Positions 38,558-51,086 of a stretch of 64,000 nt of DNA are shown here, piece after piece. Each line of letters begins with the position of its first letter. Positions within the stretch are counted from its first letter, which is position 1. This stretch comes from Centroscyllium fabricii (taxonomy: Eukaryota): NCBI GenBank assembly GCA_051313645.2, contig JBNRSN020000022.1, positions 27,280,001 through 27,344,000 on the forward strand. The letters are read 5' to 3'. The notes under the pieces are model-generated. The model saw only the letters and a program-made list of their open reading frames with translations. It was not told the DNA's origin and did no database searches. The position numbers and the translations under genes were made by a program.

Positions 38558-39630
38558 CTGCGAGGATAATATGAATGCAAATAAGATTAAAAAGAAGAGC
38601 CGTTAGTTGAAGAAGACAGGCCGCGGGCTTTTTGCAGCAGAAGCAGATTTTTTTTAGAAGATAAGATTTCAGACGTATAAATACTTCACTCTTTTTAAAG
38701 TGCTGGTGGACCTTCAGTTAAAGGAAGACTGTCCTATCAGGGCAGGTGCCACATTTGAAGGGGATGCAGAGCTTCCCGTTTCCATAGCAACGCGGCCTCC
38801 AAAGCCTGGGCCGCAGGAGGATGGTCGCCCCCGAGACGTTCATGGCAAGGTAACTGTCACCTGGGCGATTCATGGAACTGGGCAGGGGTGTAAGGTGTGG
38901 CACTACTGGCTGGCCTGAGATACTTCACCTGGTCTGTACCAGAAGGAGTGCACAGCAGGCCCGAGGACTTGGAATCAGATCAGACACAAAAGACCCAGCA
39001 TTCCTCTTCTCCCTTTCTATTTATTTAAGCATTTCCTCCATCTCTCCTAAAAGCTCAGGGCTCATTCTGGGATTTGGTTCTTGGGCACCAACCGCCCTCT
39101 GGAACCTCATCCAAGTGTGGGGGGGGGGTCTGGGCATGTGGAGTCACAGCAGCTGATCCTGAACCTGTCCTCACCTGACATTCACACACATGCACGTTCC
39201 ATTAATGGTCATTGGATGGTAACCAGGATTGGTAACCCTGGCTGAATTGTCCTCCTCCCTCTCCGTGGTTTGTGTGAGTTAACCAGTGTTAGCTTAGTGG
39301 CATTATAACTATTCTCAGAATCAATGCACTAAGAGGAAGGGGAGAGGGGAAAATCAGCCAGGGTCCCTGATCCTGTGTATGTTTGTGTGTGTGGTGGGGG
39401 GGGCGTTGTCAGGTGAAGATAGGATTAGACTCCATGCCCCCACACCCAAATAGTCTGCCGATACACACTCTTTAGGCTCGCACCTGATGAGTGGAGCCTT
39501 GGGCGAGGCACTGAACCAGACCCTGGCAAGATTCAGTGCCCTCACGAGAGGAAGGAAAGAAACTGGGGGGCAGATAGATTTAACTGGATGTGCAGCTCTC
39601 CCTTTATACAACAGGACACTTTGCGGGGGA

Positions 39631-40456
39631 GGGGGGGTGATTTTCGCAAAGGTGTGGGAAGCTGGCGGGGTTTGGGCAGATCAGGTTTCTGACACGAATG
39701 TTCAAGGGCCTGGGAGCCCCACACAATTTTGGCTTAATTGGCCAATTAATTGCCCACGTGTCAGAGCCCCTGCCAATTGACTGCTTCCAGTCAGAAAACG
39801 GCGGAGCTGCATTTGACAGCCGGAGGTTTGATTGACAGGGCTAAGGACTGTGTGTTGTTAGTTTCTATGGAAACAGTGCATTGTGACATCACAATGGAGT
39901 GCAACCAATCTCAAAGACCAAGTGGGTTGAGTGACAGGTCTAAGGACTCACTGGAAAGCTTACAGTTAGGGGCCGTCTCTCTGTGAAGCATTTCCATTCA
40001 TCCGTCAGGTAAGTTTGTGGAAGGTCTTTTCCACAGCTGCTCCTCAGAGAAGGGAGTCACTTACACCTCCAGGGTGCTGAAGGCCTCGAAGGCATTCTGC
40101 TACAGGTGCTTCAATGCCTTGAAGGTGAAATGACCAAGCTGACTGTGATCCCGCTAGGTTTCACCGGCGGGGTTTCAGGATGGCGGGGTATGGGTGGGAA
40201 GGGCTCAAAAATCGCGAGGGGCCCTTAAAATGGGATTACCCATGGCAATTAAGGGCCCCTAACGAGCACAACGATCAACCCCGCTGGTGGCGGGCGGGAA
40301 AGATTCAGGCCGGCTAGACACGCCGGCCGAAAACTGCAAAGCGGCGGGGATCCGGCGGGAGGGGTCAGGACCCCCCCCCCCCCCCACCCCGGTTTCGGGA
40401 TTTCAAGCACCGCCCCGCCGGAAACGCGCCCTCATGGCCCGAGGAAAATCCCCCCC
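39631..40456 (+). mobile_element. MITE family A, copy 5
   Basis: Ends GGGGGTGATTTT...AAAATCCCCC. Confidence 0.85.
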
Positions 40457-43094
40457 ATTGAAATTGGATTGGGGCGGGGTGGGGAGGGGAAGCGATCATA
40501 ATTTTCACCTGGTGTTAGAGCAGAAGGAACTCATGATCAGAATTAAACAGTAGGGCAGCGCGGTGGAATGCAGTAAAGGTGCTCCAGCTAATTGTAATTT
40601 TAATTAGTTACATTTTTCCAATTAAATTTGAAATGCACTGACATCTAGTTTAATCTTCACTTTCCGAATACAGGCAGCTGATTTTGGAGCTTACTTTTAG
40701 CCTGGCTGAGCTGTTTCAGAGCGATTCTTTCATGCAGTTGGTGGATCAACTGCAAAGCAATGGGTGAATTAACATCCGCTGTATTTGATGCATGACTGCA
40801 ACGAACAACAGATACTGCCACCCAAGTTTTGCAGCTTCAAGTTTGAGAAAAGTAGATTCATCAGTTGCTCAGAATTTTCAGGAGCTCGGCAAAAATTGGG
40901 CTACATCCAGAATAGCGGATGGCATCAAAGGGGGAGTGGTTTTCATTTGGGTTTTGGGCCCATTGCAAATGGGACAGAAATCACAAGGAGGCGCAGAAGA
41001 TAAGAGGGGCATCCGGTCTGCCTGTTACCCATCAGGATTGGCCTGGAGATTCCTGGAATTGATGATTAATCTCCTGGAAGCAACCCTGGAGAAAATCATA
41101 GGGGTATATAAAAAAAACTGTGTGTTTTATTAGTTCTAAAAATATTTGAGATGGGAGCGGGTGGGGAAACTGTTTGACTCACAGTCAAGAATCATTCGAT
41201 TGGGTGTTAAAGATTTGTTTTGTTCCCAACTGGTGTGGCGCCGTGAGATTTGGGCGACCAATGGCGGGAGTGTGGGGGCGGGGTGGTTGGAGGCAGGAGG
41301 TCATGTGATGAGACCTCCAGGAATATGTCCAACCAGAGTTTGCGACCCAAAACTCAAGTCAGGTTTAGAAAGTCTTTAGGACTCAAATCACTCCCTTTTT
41401 GAGCAGACTTTTGATTGCCAGATGCGTCACTCCTGCACTGGGAGCCTACACTCCTGCACCTGTGATTGACAGTGCAAGTGTTCTGCTTTTAAAGCCTCCA
41501 AAAACATACCACTGAATATTCAGTTGTATCCATAACAAAATACACCGTGAGCCTGCAGATTCATTCTGGGATGAATCTGGATTGGCTGCGTACCCAAGGT
41601 CCAGAATCATCCTGGAACCTCCTCCCACAGTGCACTGTATGTGTCACTGACAGACGACCTCCCAACTCCTCACCCGAATCTCCCTAGGAATGTGGAAAAG
41701 GTCAGGGGTCGAAAAGTACACAAGTTAAATTTCAGGATTTGCAAGGCTACGTGAAAAGAGCAGGGCAGTGGGACCAATTGAACGGCTCGTTTAAAGAGCT
41801 GGCACCGGCATGATGGGCCGAATGGCCGCCTTCTGTGCTGTAAGATTCTATGATTCAGATTGAGGCAATGTGGGCACTGCTCCCACATTAATCCCAGAAC
41901 TTCGGGTTCCATGGAGCATCGTGATGTACATTCAAATAATGTAACCATGGGACCAGAGTCACCCCTCCTCATCACCAAATGGGCGGTGTCAGATACCATG
42001 CAAAACTATTCCATTGGGCGAATCCGAAATTGCTCTGGTTGGATATTTAAAATATTTTCAGAAGTCACAACTTTTTTTTGACTCCTCTTTGAGTGTGGCA
42101 CAATCTTCCTTTAACAGATGACAGGTCCTTTGGCTACCAGCAAGGAGGCACAATTTCAGGCAACATTTTACCACATTCCTAAAATCCGGCACATCCAAAC
42201 GCTTGGTGTCTTGGATACAGAGTTCCAATGGGTTACAGAATTTGATTGTTCGGTAGCCATTTTGGAAGGGGGATGGATCTCTGCCTACACACTGGGGTTC
42301 ATCCCATATACCCACAGCCCCCTTATCAGTGCCATTGTTCAACAACTTCTCTTTCCCTTCTCAGGCAGGAGGGCAGGACGCTGGGTCTCCGAAGACCAAG
42401 ATCAACAGTGATCCGTGGTCACTTGATGGGCTACATTGGGGAAGGGGATGGAGAGGGTTCACAACACCCTCTCTCAAAAATGAGGACCTCCCACTTTGCA
42501 GGTTAACTCCGAAACCTACTCCCATAAAACGGCAGCCAGGCCATGAGTTAATGGCCGACTGAGAATTCTAACGCACAGTTTGGGAGGAAGTCACACTGCA
42601 CCTTTGAGCCACCGGATTGTCAAAAGCAGAGTTTTCCTTACTTATATTCTCCCCTCCCCCAGCCCCCCACCCCAACAGGAGTATTTAAACTACAGGGCTA
42701 TTATTTCTCACTGAATCATTATGACAGGGCATTCTATTATGTGTTAAAGGATGTTATAGGCCTCACTTCCAAACAGAACATATTCTCTCTTTACAAGGAC
42801 AGCTTGTACCAAATTCCTCTGTACAAACTGCAGCCAAAAGAATTATCTAGGGGCTCTTAAAAAAATGAACTTCTATGCTCATCACAGTGAGGGGTGTTAG
42901 CACTGGGAAAAAGAGCAAGTTCCCTTTCCAGGCATTCAGTATATGCACCAAGCAGTCCCAGGTCAGGTGCAGCACAGTTGGATGCAGAGTAAAGCTCCTT
43001 CTCCTCTGCCCCAACAATGTGCCTCAGCCCCCAGCCTCAGAAGACCACCCGTTATTGCACGAATGTGTCATGTACCTTTCCTTCGCTAGCTAAT

Positions 43095-43989
43095 CAGACA
43101 TTTTTAGTTGACAGGCACTTAAGATAATGCCGTAATCTAGTTCTTGGTGGGCATGGTGCCACGGCACAAAACTGCCCCTACGATGGCACTCGGTTAGCAT
43201 TGTCGCTCAGAGGAGCAATAGAGGGCTAGTCTCGGAACTGGAAAGTGCCACCCTGCCTGCTCCAATGGCTCAGCAGGTTTATCCTATGAATAGTGGAGCC
43301 ATTTAGATCTTTTCTGAAGGTGTTAATTCCTTGCTGGGGTATGGTGACGTGGCACTGATTGTCCTCCGGTACCTCACCAAAATAGCCATTAATGCTGAGT
43401 GCATCTCGATAGTGAGTGCTAAGAGGCCACTTGATCGCAGAGGGCATCACTGCAGATCCTGATCCTATCAGGAACGGAGTACTGATGTAGCATGTTCAGC
43501 CATGAACGTGTTGAATGGCGGTGCAGGCTCGAAGGGCCGAATGGTCTACTCCTGCACCTATTTTCTATGTATCTATGTATCTATCCTCACCAGACATCCA
43601 CACATGTGCACTTCCAGCAGAGGTCCCTACAGAGCAATCAGGAAGGGGAGCCCTGATTGAAATCCCTCTCCCTGATCCAAGGGCACCGAGAGCCCCACGG
43701 TAGCGCCACTTGAGATGATCCAATTCACCACAGACGGAGGGAGAGTTCCAATGTAGGACATTCTAATCTGAATGGCTCAGCTACTCACGGAATGAACCTG
43801 CTGAGCCATTGGAGCAGGCAGAGTGGCACCTTCCAGTTCCGAGACCAGCCCTCTATTGCTCCTCCGAGTGAGAATGCCATCTTAGTGCCAAAGGGCAGTT
43901 TTGTGCCATGGCACCATGCCCACCAGGAACTAGATTAAAGCATTTGGGTCTATTTTGAGTTAAGAGCTTGTTAACTAAAAAAATGTCTG
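43095..43989. repeat. Long imperfect inverted repeat: arms about 43095-43284 and 43789-43989, spacer about 500 bp
   Basis: For example GAGGAGCAATAGAGGGCTAGTCTCGGAACTGGAAAGTGCCACCCTGCCTGCTCCAATGGCTCAGCAGGTT is matched by a near reverse complement at about 43796-43866. Confidence 0.9.
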
Positions 43990-44732
43990 CTTGGCAGTGG
44001 AGAATGTTAGCAGTAGATTAGCCCAATGGGACACCAGCTAGAACTGTCTGGGGCATGTCAAATACAGGATGTTATATTCTACACTGACATCACTTCCTGC
44101 CAGTTCAAGAAAAGAAACACAACAACACCCAACTTCAACATCAAAATAAAATAAAATAAAATATATAAAGGGGAAACCATCCCTTTCCAAAAGTGTCGGA
44201 TTTAGGTAGCTCCCAATTCCAGAATGTGCCAAACTGCAGCCTGAAACTGTGTTGAGTTTCTAAAGGGAGTTAATCTAAAGGGAGTGTGGTGTTAATCTGT
44301 TAGGGTTATTAGGTAACAGTTACAGTTAATAAAGCAGGTTGTTAGCTATTAGGAAAGCACCTATATGTGATGGTGTGGGTGCTGAAAGCTAAGATTAATT
44401 AAAGGGGAGGGAGAGGTGGGGAGGAAAGGGCAGTCAGAATATACCTTTAAGAGTGTTCTACGGTTTATGATCTAACAGAAGCTTTAGATACTGGAAGGAG
44501 TTTCACATCCAATGCAACAAGCAGGTCCTGAATGCAAATACCTGCCTACCAAGTCTCTGACTGCAGGATCAACCCGTCCTACTTCGTGAAGGGCAGCTGA
44601 CCATTTCTGTCACCCTCAGTTCCGAAATTGCACAAAAACTTCCCGCCACCTCCCCCATAAAATGTTCTCCTGAATGGGCACAGAGTTTACATGGTGGGAG
44701 GTGCTAGGAGGGAGAAGGGAAAGGGAGTATGG

Positions 44733-44958
44733 ACACAGGGCAATAGGAGGGAGATTGAATGGGTGAGGAGTGGGCACAGGGCAATAGGAGGGAGATTGAA
44801 TGGGTGAGGAGTGGGCACAGGGCAATAGGAGGGAGATTCAATGGGTGAGGAGTGGGCACAGGGCAATAGGAGGGAGATTGAATGGGTGAGGAGTGGGCAC
44901 AGGGCAATAGGAGGGAGATTCAATGGGTGAGGAGTGGGCACAGGGCAATAGGAGGGAG
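44733..44958. repeat. 41-bp G-rich minisatellite, about 5.5 copies
   Basis: Unit GGGTGAGGAGTGGGCACAGGGCAATAGGAGGGAGATTGAAT. Confidence 0.95.
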
Positions 44959-45061
44959 GCCAACAGGGTGAGCGGTGGGCACTCAGGATGGCAGGAGGAA
45001 GGAAAGGGTGAAGGGTAGGAAGATGAGAATAGGAAAATGTCTGATCAGTTGTAGAGAAAGG

Positions 45062-45190
45062 TCTGACGCAAGGTCATCGACCTGAAACGTTAACTCTGTT
45101 TCTCTCTACAGACGCTGCCTGACCCACTGAGTATTTTGAGCATTTTCTGTTTATATTTCAGATTTTCAGCATCCGCAGTATTTTGGTTTT
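45062..45190 (+). mobile_element. Penelope-like terminal fragment with mutated hammerhead core
   Basis: CTGACGCAAGGTCATCGACCTGAAACGTTAACTCTG..., similar to 7526-7650. Confidence 0.7.
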
Positions 45191-45838
45191 GTATTGGAGG
45201 AAAAATAGATTCCCCACCTATCTGGAGATTTGAGGAAGGCCGTGTTATTTAAACCTTTGCATTTCAAGCAGGGGCTTCCTCAGCAGGTGAGCCCTCAAAG
45301 GAAATTGTTCAGTTTACGAGCAGGAAACCTGTGTTAAAAATAAATGAAACCCTGCTGGTGAATGCAGCCTGCTTGTGCTTCAACCACCAGTTCCTGGCCT
45401 TCACTGGAAAGCGGCTTTTGATGTGGGAGGGGTCGGAATTCCTTAAAGGGGATCCTTTCCTCACATTATTGGGGATGGCCCTGTTAATTAAAACTCCAAA
45501 TATATTCAAGTAACGCGGAAACCCACCCTCTCTCAGTGGTGCAGGTCAAGAACAGGCTTTTACGGTGCACTCTGGGCAGCGAGGGAGGCCATGGAGTCGG
45601 GTGAGGAGTCAGGGGCAACCGAGGGGAGCGGGCCAGGTAGGAATGATGCAGGTCCCCAGAATGTTTCGTTTTAAAGAAGATATATAGACCTAAAATTAAA
45701 TTTCTGAATAGATTAAATGAAAAATAAAACTTACCTGCTGGAAAGAATAAAATCAAAAATGGTGGGTGGGGCTGGGTGACCCCGCGGCACAGAGCCACTA
45801 GTGGTGGGAGGACTGCGACTGCACGCTGGAGACTCAAA

Positions 45839-46639
45839 GGGGGGGATTTTCGCAAAGGTGTGGGAAGCTGGCGGGTTTTGGGTGGATCAGCTTTCTGACA
45901 CGAATGTTCAAGGGCCTGGGAGCCCCACGCAATTTTGGCTTAATTGGCCAATGAATTACCCGCATGTCAGAGCCCCTGCCAATACACAATTTCCAGTCAG
46001 AAAGCGTGGGTTGCTGCAGTTGTGTGTTCAGACCTGCAAGAGCTTTTGATGGGCAGTTCTGAAGCAGTTGTTTACTTTCAATGTTGACACAGTCCATTGT
46101 GAGTCACTAGTGGAGTGTCAACAAATGCTAAACCTTTTGATTGGCAGGCTTAAGGATGCGCTGTTTGGAGCGCCTGTATTTGAAGCAGTAGAAATCATCC
46201 AACAGGTTAGTCTCTGAAAGGTGTTTTTCACAGCTGATTTTCAACTTATGGAGATACTTACACCTCCAGGGTGTTGAAGGCCTGTAAGGCATTCTGCTAC
46301 AGGTGCTTCAATGCCTTGAAGGTGAAAGTGACCAAACTGAATGTGATGCCGCTAGGTTTCACCAGCGGGGTTTCAGGATGGCGGGGTATGGGTGGAAAGG
46401 GCTCAAAAATCGCGAGGGGCCCTTAAAATGGGATTACCCATGGAAATTAAGGGCCCCTAATGAGCACAACGATCAACCCCGCTGGTGGCGGGCGGGAAAG
46501 ATTCGGGCCGGCTAGACACACCGGCAGAAAACTGCAAAGCGGCGGGATCCGGCGGGAGGGGTCAGGACCCCCCGGTTTTGCGATTTTTAAGCCCCGCCCC
46601 ACCAGAAACGTGCCCTCACAGCTCATTGAAAATCCCCCC
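45839..46639 (+). mobile_element. MITE family A, copy 6 (diverged central module)
   Basis: Ends GGGGGGGATTTT...AAAATCCCCCC. The termini closely match copy 5. Confidence 0.85.
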
Positions 46640-48227
46640 AGTGCCTTTCCAGTCATTTGTTACAGGGCCCGTCGCAGTTCAGTGACCATATTAACATTGG
46701 AAATCCTATTCGAGCGTCTCCTAATGGCGTTACAGGGAAGCATCACCACTACTGTGGACTTCTGAACATAAGACTCTTCTGAGGAATGTTGACATAGGAT
46801 TTTTCAATAGAACGCATGACCCATGTACTGATTTTAATATATTATAAATATTAAAAATATTGATAGATAGATTTCACTTAATATAAATGCTTATCCCTCT
46901 GGCTGATCAGTGATTAGTGAGAACTATAGAGTGCAGAGTTCTTATTGATGAGTGCCTGGTATAATCTCTTGACTCACTATATTACAATAGTGACTACACT
47001 TCAAAAGTACTTTATTGGCTGTATATACAAGTAGTTTATAAAAATATCGAGAAGCAGCTTGCAAGGTTCGGGCAGTGCAGCCTCGAGAAGCTCCTGACTT
47101 CAGAAATCATTCAGTTAGCATCTTTGTAGCTATTGTGTGAACTTATAATAGGGAAGGAACTTATTTTTAGGGCTCTTTCATCCACCTCTATCTACTCAGA
47201 ACTCCATCACCCTTCCCTTCAATCTAGTCTCCTCCTCAGCTGAAGGTCGGGCTTGATTACCTTGGCTCAGGCCTCTCTCTGATACCTTACCCAAGAGGCC
47301 ATTCCTCATATCTGAGCCTCGACACCGAGGCCCAAAGACTCCAACTGACATAATTTTAACACTGGCGGTAACCCGTTTAAAATAATGCCGATCGCAAAGC
47401 CCAGGCTTGAGCTTCACCAGGTTATCCTGTCATGTGGGGAACCACAGCTAAACCTGGTCACATGCTGGACAGATGGGGAGGAAGGAGAGAATATTGTTCG
47501 ATCAGCTTCTCGTGTGATTGAATCTGTCCTGGTGCCTGGCAGCCCAGTGTTCCGCTTTCCAACGGGAGTCACTGGGCCACAATCAAGAGTGGGAACTCTA
47601 GCTGCTTGTTCCCCAAGGCCAACTGTACCACCTCAACCGTAGGACCCCAACTGCAGGGTCCCAACTGAGGTTAGGTCATTTATCAGACTGGGATCAAACC
47701 TGGGCCCATCCTGCTCTGTGTGGCTCCGAATGTATTTATCTGCCAGTCACTGAGGGAGCTTGCTTACTTTAGGAAAACAATTTAATGCCCTGTATTAATG
47801 GCAACTTAAATAACCGAAATGGTCCCAGGGTGAGTATAACAATTTATAGAGGTTGTTAAAATTGAGAATGGTTGATCCTAAGCCAAGACATGACCGCATT
47901 AAGGAGAGGTATCTGTATGGGTTCGATGTGGAACTCTGAAAGACTACAATGGATGCAGAAAACGGGTATTGTTCAGGAGGGTGGAGCATGAAGAATTCCT
48001 AAGGGATTCTGGGTAAAATCTGTTGCTGGGTTACGGACAGGGTTGTCTGATGGGGTTTAAAACAACAACAGTCTTGTGTAGGTCGGTTGGGTAGGACTAG
48101 CGGGGGTGGGGGGTGGGGGGGGGGGGGTTTAAAAACAGTTAGTAAAATGCAAGCATGCATTTTAAGCTATTTGTGACATTAGTCTGGAGAGGGTTTTGTG
48201 AATTAGGCTTCTAAGCCAAATACTTAC

Positions 48228-48236
48228 CAAAAGATT
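48228..48236 (-). CDS. PTPRS: 9-nt microexon meA3 (E-S-F)
   Basis: Minus strand ttttctttctttctgtttcttaatcttaaag|AATCTTTTG|gtaagt, phase 1-1. Homologous to meA3 (ESI in PTPRD, ETF in PTPRS). TGCATG (48154-48159) and ACTAAC (48138-48143) lie downstream on the minus strand. Confidence 0.9.
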
Positions 48237-49197
48237 CTTTAAGATTAAGAAACAGAAAGAAAGAAAACATTATAGAAGACATTATTCAGCTACATAGTCA
48301 TTGTTATGTAACATTAAAACTCTTTAGACTGAAATGTTTTACTTAGGTTCAAACACATTAGAAAAAAAGAGGTTAATTCAATTCACTGTCATCTTATTTA
48401 AATGATTGTTAGTATTTTTTTGTTGTTAATATAATGAGCAACATGCATTCGCAAAATAGCAAGGATAGAGCAGTTCCTAAAGTCAAAGTTCAAAACCATG
48501 GCAACAGAGGTCCTTGAACCTTTTGGGGAGTTCAATCATGTGAGGGATTAAGTGAAGCTCACTGCAGGATGTGAGGTTTAGATTAAACATTTATACGTTA
48601 GTTCCTTTTTTAAAATAGGTTTTATTTTAGATTTAGTGTACAAGTTAAAAAATTCGACCGGTCAGGTTGTTTTTGTACCATGTTCACTGAAGTTCTTGAT
48701 ACAACTTGTTCACTTTGCCAATGGTTCCACTGGGTTAAAATGGCTGCCGCCTCCTCACCTACACATACCACAACCAGCAAGGACAGCATAAAAGCTTCAT
48801 AAGAGTTTTCCCAATCCCAAAGATTACTTTCAATTTGACACATTGGTCACAGAATGGAATCCCAAATGGAAAAAAATAAGAGAGAGAAAACAAAAATAAG
48901 AAGAAAAAGAACTAAAAATAAATAAATGGAGGTTACAGTAGGCCCAGGGAGGAAGAGCCACTTCAAAGAATATAATGAAAGGAACTGGAGATACAGTCAC
49001 AGCAGTGAGCAGCGTGAATCAAAGAAAGCTCTAAGCACAGGACAGACAGACAGAATGACAAGCTATGAGGACGTCACAAACATCAACAGCAGTAACAGCT
49101 ACACAAAGGTCTTTTGGTTCCACGTTTTCTTTTAAAGAAGCAGATTAATCATTTTTGGATTTGTCGGTAATATTTTGGATTTTTTTCCGGCCCCTAC

Positions 49198-49383
49198 CTG
49201 ACCGCAACTGTTTGATGCGTGTACTGGAGCTGGGGTCGACCGGCAGGAAGTCTTTGAACCAGGTGATCTCGGGATCTGGGTTGCCGCTGGCCGCGCACAG
49301 CATGGTCGCCGTTCGGGTGCGCTCCACCACCTTCAGCTGGGGGCCCATGTCGATGTTGGGGAAGCCGGAAGGCAGCTGGTCCT
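49198..49383 (-). CDS. PTPRS: LAR-family receptor tyrosine phosphatase (PTPRS-like), exon for the Ig1-Ig2 linker and first half of Ig2 (186 nt)
   Basis: Reads [62 protein letters not shown]. Acceptor ctttgctcgcag|AG, donor TCAG|gtaggg. [11 protein letters not shown] matches recalled PTPRS better than PTPRD/PTPRF, so the symbol is tentative. Confidence 0.95.
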
Positions 49384-49518
49384 CTGCGAGCAAAGAGTGG
49401 AGAGGGAAGACAATTAGAAAAACTCAAATCTAGTTTACGTTAGGCCTGAAAAGGGAAAACTCCCAAATTGTCCATCCGTTTTACTTAAATTGCATTGGGA
49501 CCAGAAAGAAAGAAAGTA

Positions 49519-49794
49519 CAGGTGTTAATCCGGCCCCTGATAATTCGGCAACTTCAGTGGTCCGGCACAACTCTGTCTGGCCAGCACACGTGATCCCAGG
49601 GATGCTCGCGATGAGCAGGCCTCTCCCCGACTGGTCTGCGCATGCACAGCGGCCATTTTGAATGGTTTGCGCATGCATGGTGGCCATTTTGAATGGTCTG
49701 TGCATGCGCTCGCCCAAACTTCAGTCGTTTGGATTTTTCACTAGTCTGGCACCGGCCTGGTCCCGACGGTACCAGATTAACGGTGCGCAACCTG
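49519..49794. mobile_element. Tc1/pogo-like MITE
   Basis: TA|CAGG...GTTAATCCGG...CCAGATTAACGGTGCGCAACCTG|TA. Related to 63853-64000. Confidence 0.7.
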
Positions 49795-51086
49795 TATTAA
49801 TGAATGGACTCATTGACTCCAGTTGTGAATGCAGGCCCAGGTGTGTAATCTAACCTCTTACCTGCCCCACTTAAGTAGCCCCGACACCAAACAGCGCCAA
49901 ACACGGTGGCGGCACTGGGTCTGCAGAGTCCAAAATCCAGTAAGCTTGGCTAATTCGCCATCTTGTCAGAAAACCGCACTCGCATTCCAAGACCCAACCC
50001 TGAATTCCACCCTTTCGACATACAACGGGTTGAGAGGAACTTTATAGAGCACAATCTATACATTGTATGATGGACAGGAGTAGCAGAGATGCAGTATAAC
50101 CCTCTTGTTTTGTGAAGAATTGGCTTTTTACGCTGTAGAATTCTACACAGATCCACTTCGCTTGGCGAGAACTGTACAGAATCCAATTGTATGCTCATTC
50201 AGGGATGGAACAAGATGGTGATTTTGAGGGAGAGTTTTTTTTCTTGCCCCCCAACTTACTTTTAGAAATTCTCCCTTCCACCATTTCCCGCCCTGTCCAT
50301 TGTCTTCCTTTCTGGTTCCACAGGCACTGCTTAACCTTTCATACCTTCTCCAAGTAGCCATTATTCATGCATGGCCTAGACAGAGCGTGTCAGGGGGCTA
50401 TTCAACCCAGGGGGGGGGGGGAGATTCGGTCCTTGTCCGACATCCACAAGCACATTTTCCGGTAGGAGGTTGTTGATATCAATCGGCAGCAGGAATCCTT
50501 CTGACTTCAGGCCAATTGTAATGCTCATTCAGGAATGGAAAAAAGACGGCGTTTATGAGGGAGAGTTTCTCTCCTTGGTGGATAAATCCAAAGAACAGAG
50601 CCCACGTATCATCAACGTGAGAGATGTGCGAATTAAAGGAAAACTGGATTTAAAACATGTGGTCTGTGGTAATATTGAACAGACTTCCGGGGGAAGGCTA
50701 AGGGGTGAACTCTGTACATGTCACTTCCTGTTTTCTATTACTATAAATACTGGAACTGCTCAGTATGGAGGAACGCTTCACCTGGAAGCATGGTAAAACC
50801 CGTCTTTGTACATAGTGATAATGTAGTGGATTTAAGTTGTTGATGTATCAGACTCCATTATTACATCAATGTCCATGAGGTTTCATAGTACGCATCTCAG
50901 AGGCCCACAAAGTCAAAACACTCGGACCTTCAGCTTGTTTCCATGAAGCTAGATTAAATTCAACAATCTGCCGAGTAGATACTGCGCCCAATCGATATCC
51001 TTCCCTCCCTTCCTGCCACGTCTTGCGACAGCTGCTCTACTTCTCCTTTTCAGTCACAAAGCTGCAGTCCACAATGTGCAGAGCAA

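Noticed and set aside
48840-48930. Long minus-strand polypyrimidine tract as another microexon acceptor
   Set aside because: No convincing nearby AG/GT pair was found.
14420-50520. Many short, highly diverged copies of an old SINE-like repeat (about 14420, 15830, 34730, 37360, 39140, 43370, 47270, 50360)
   Set aside because: The similarity is visible, but boundaries and family cannot be fixed by eye, so they are not listed as features.
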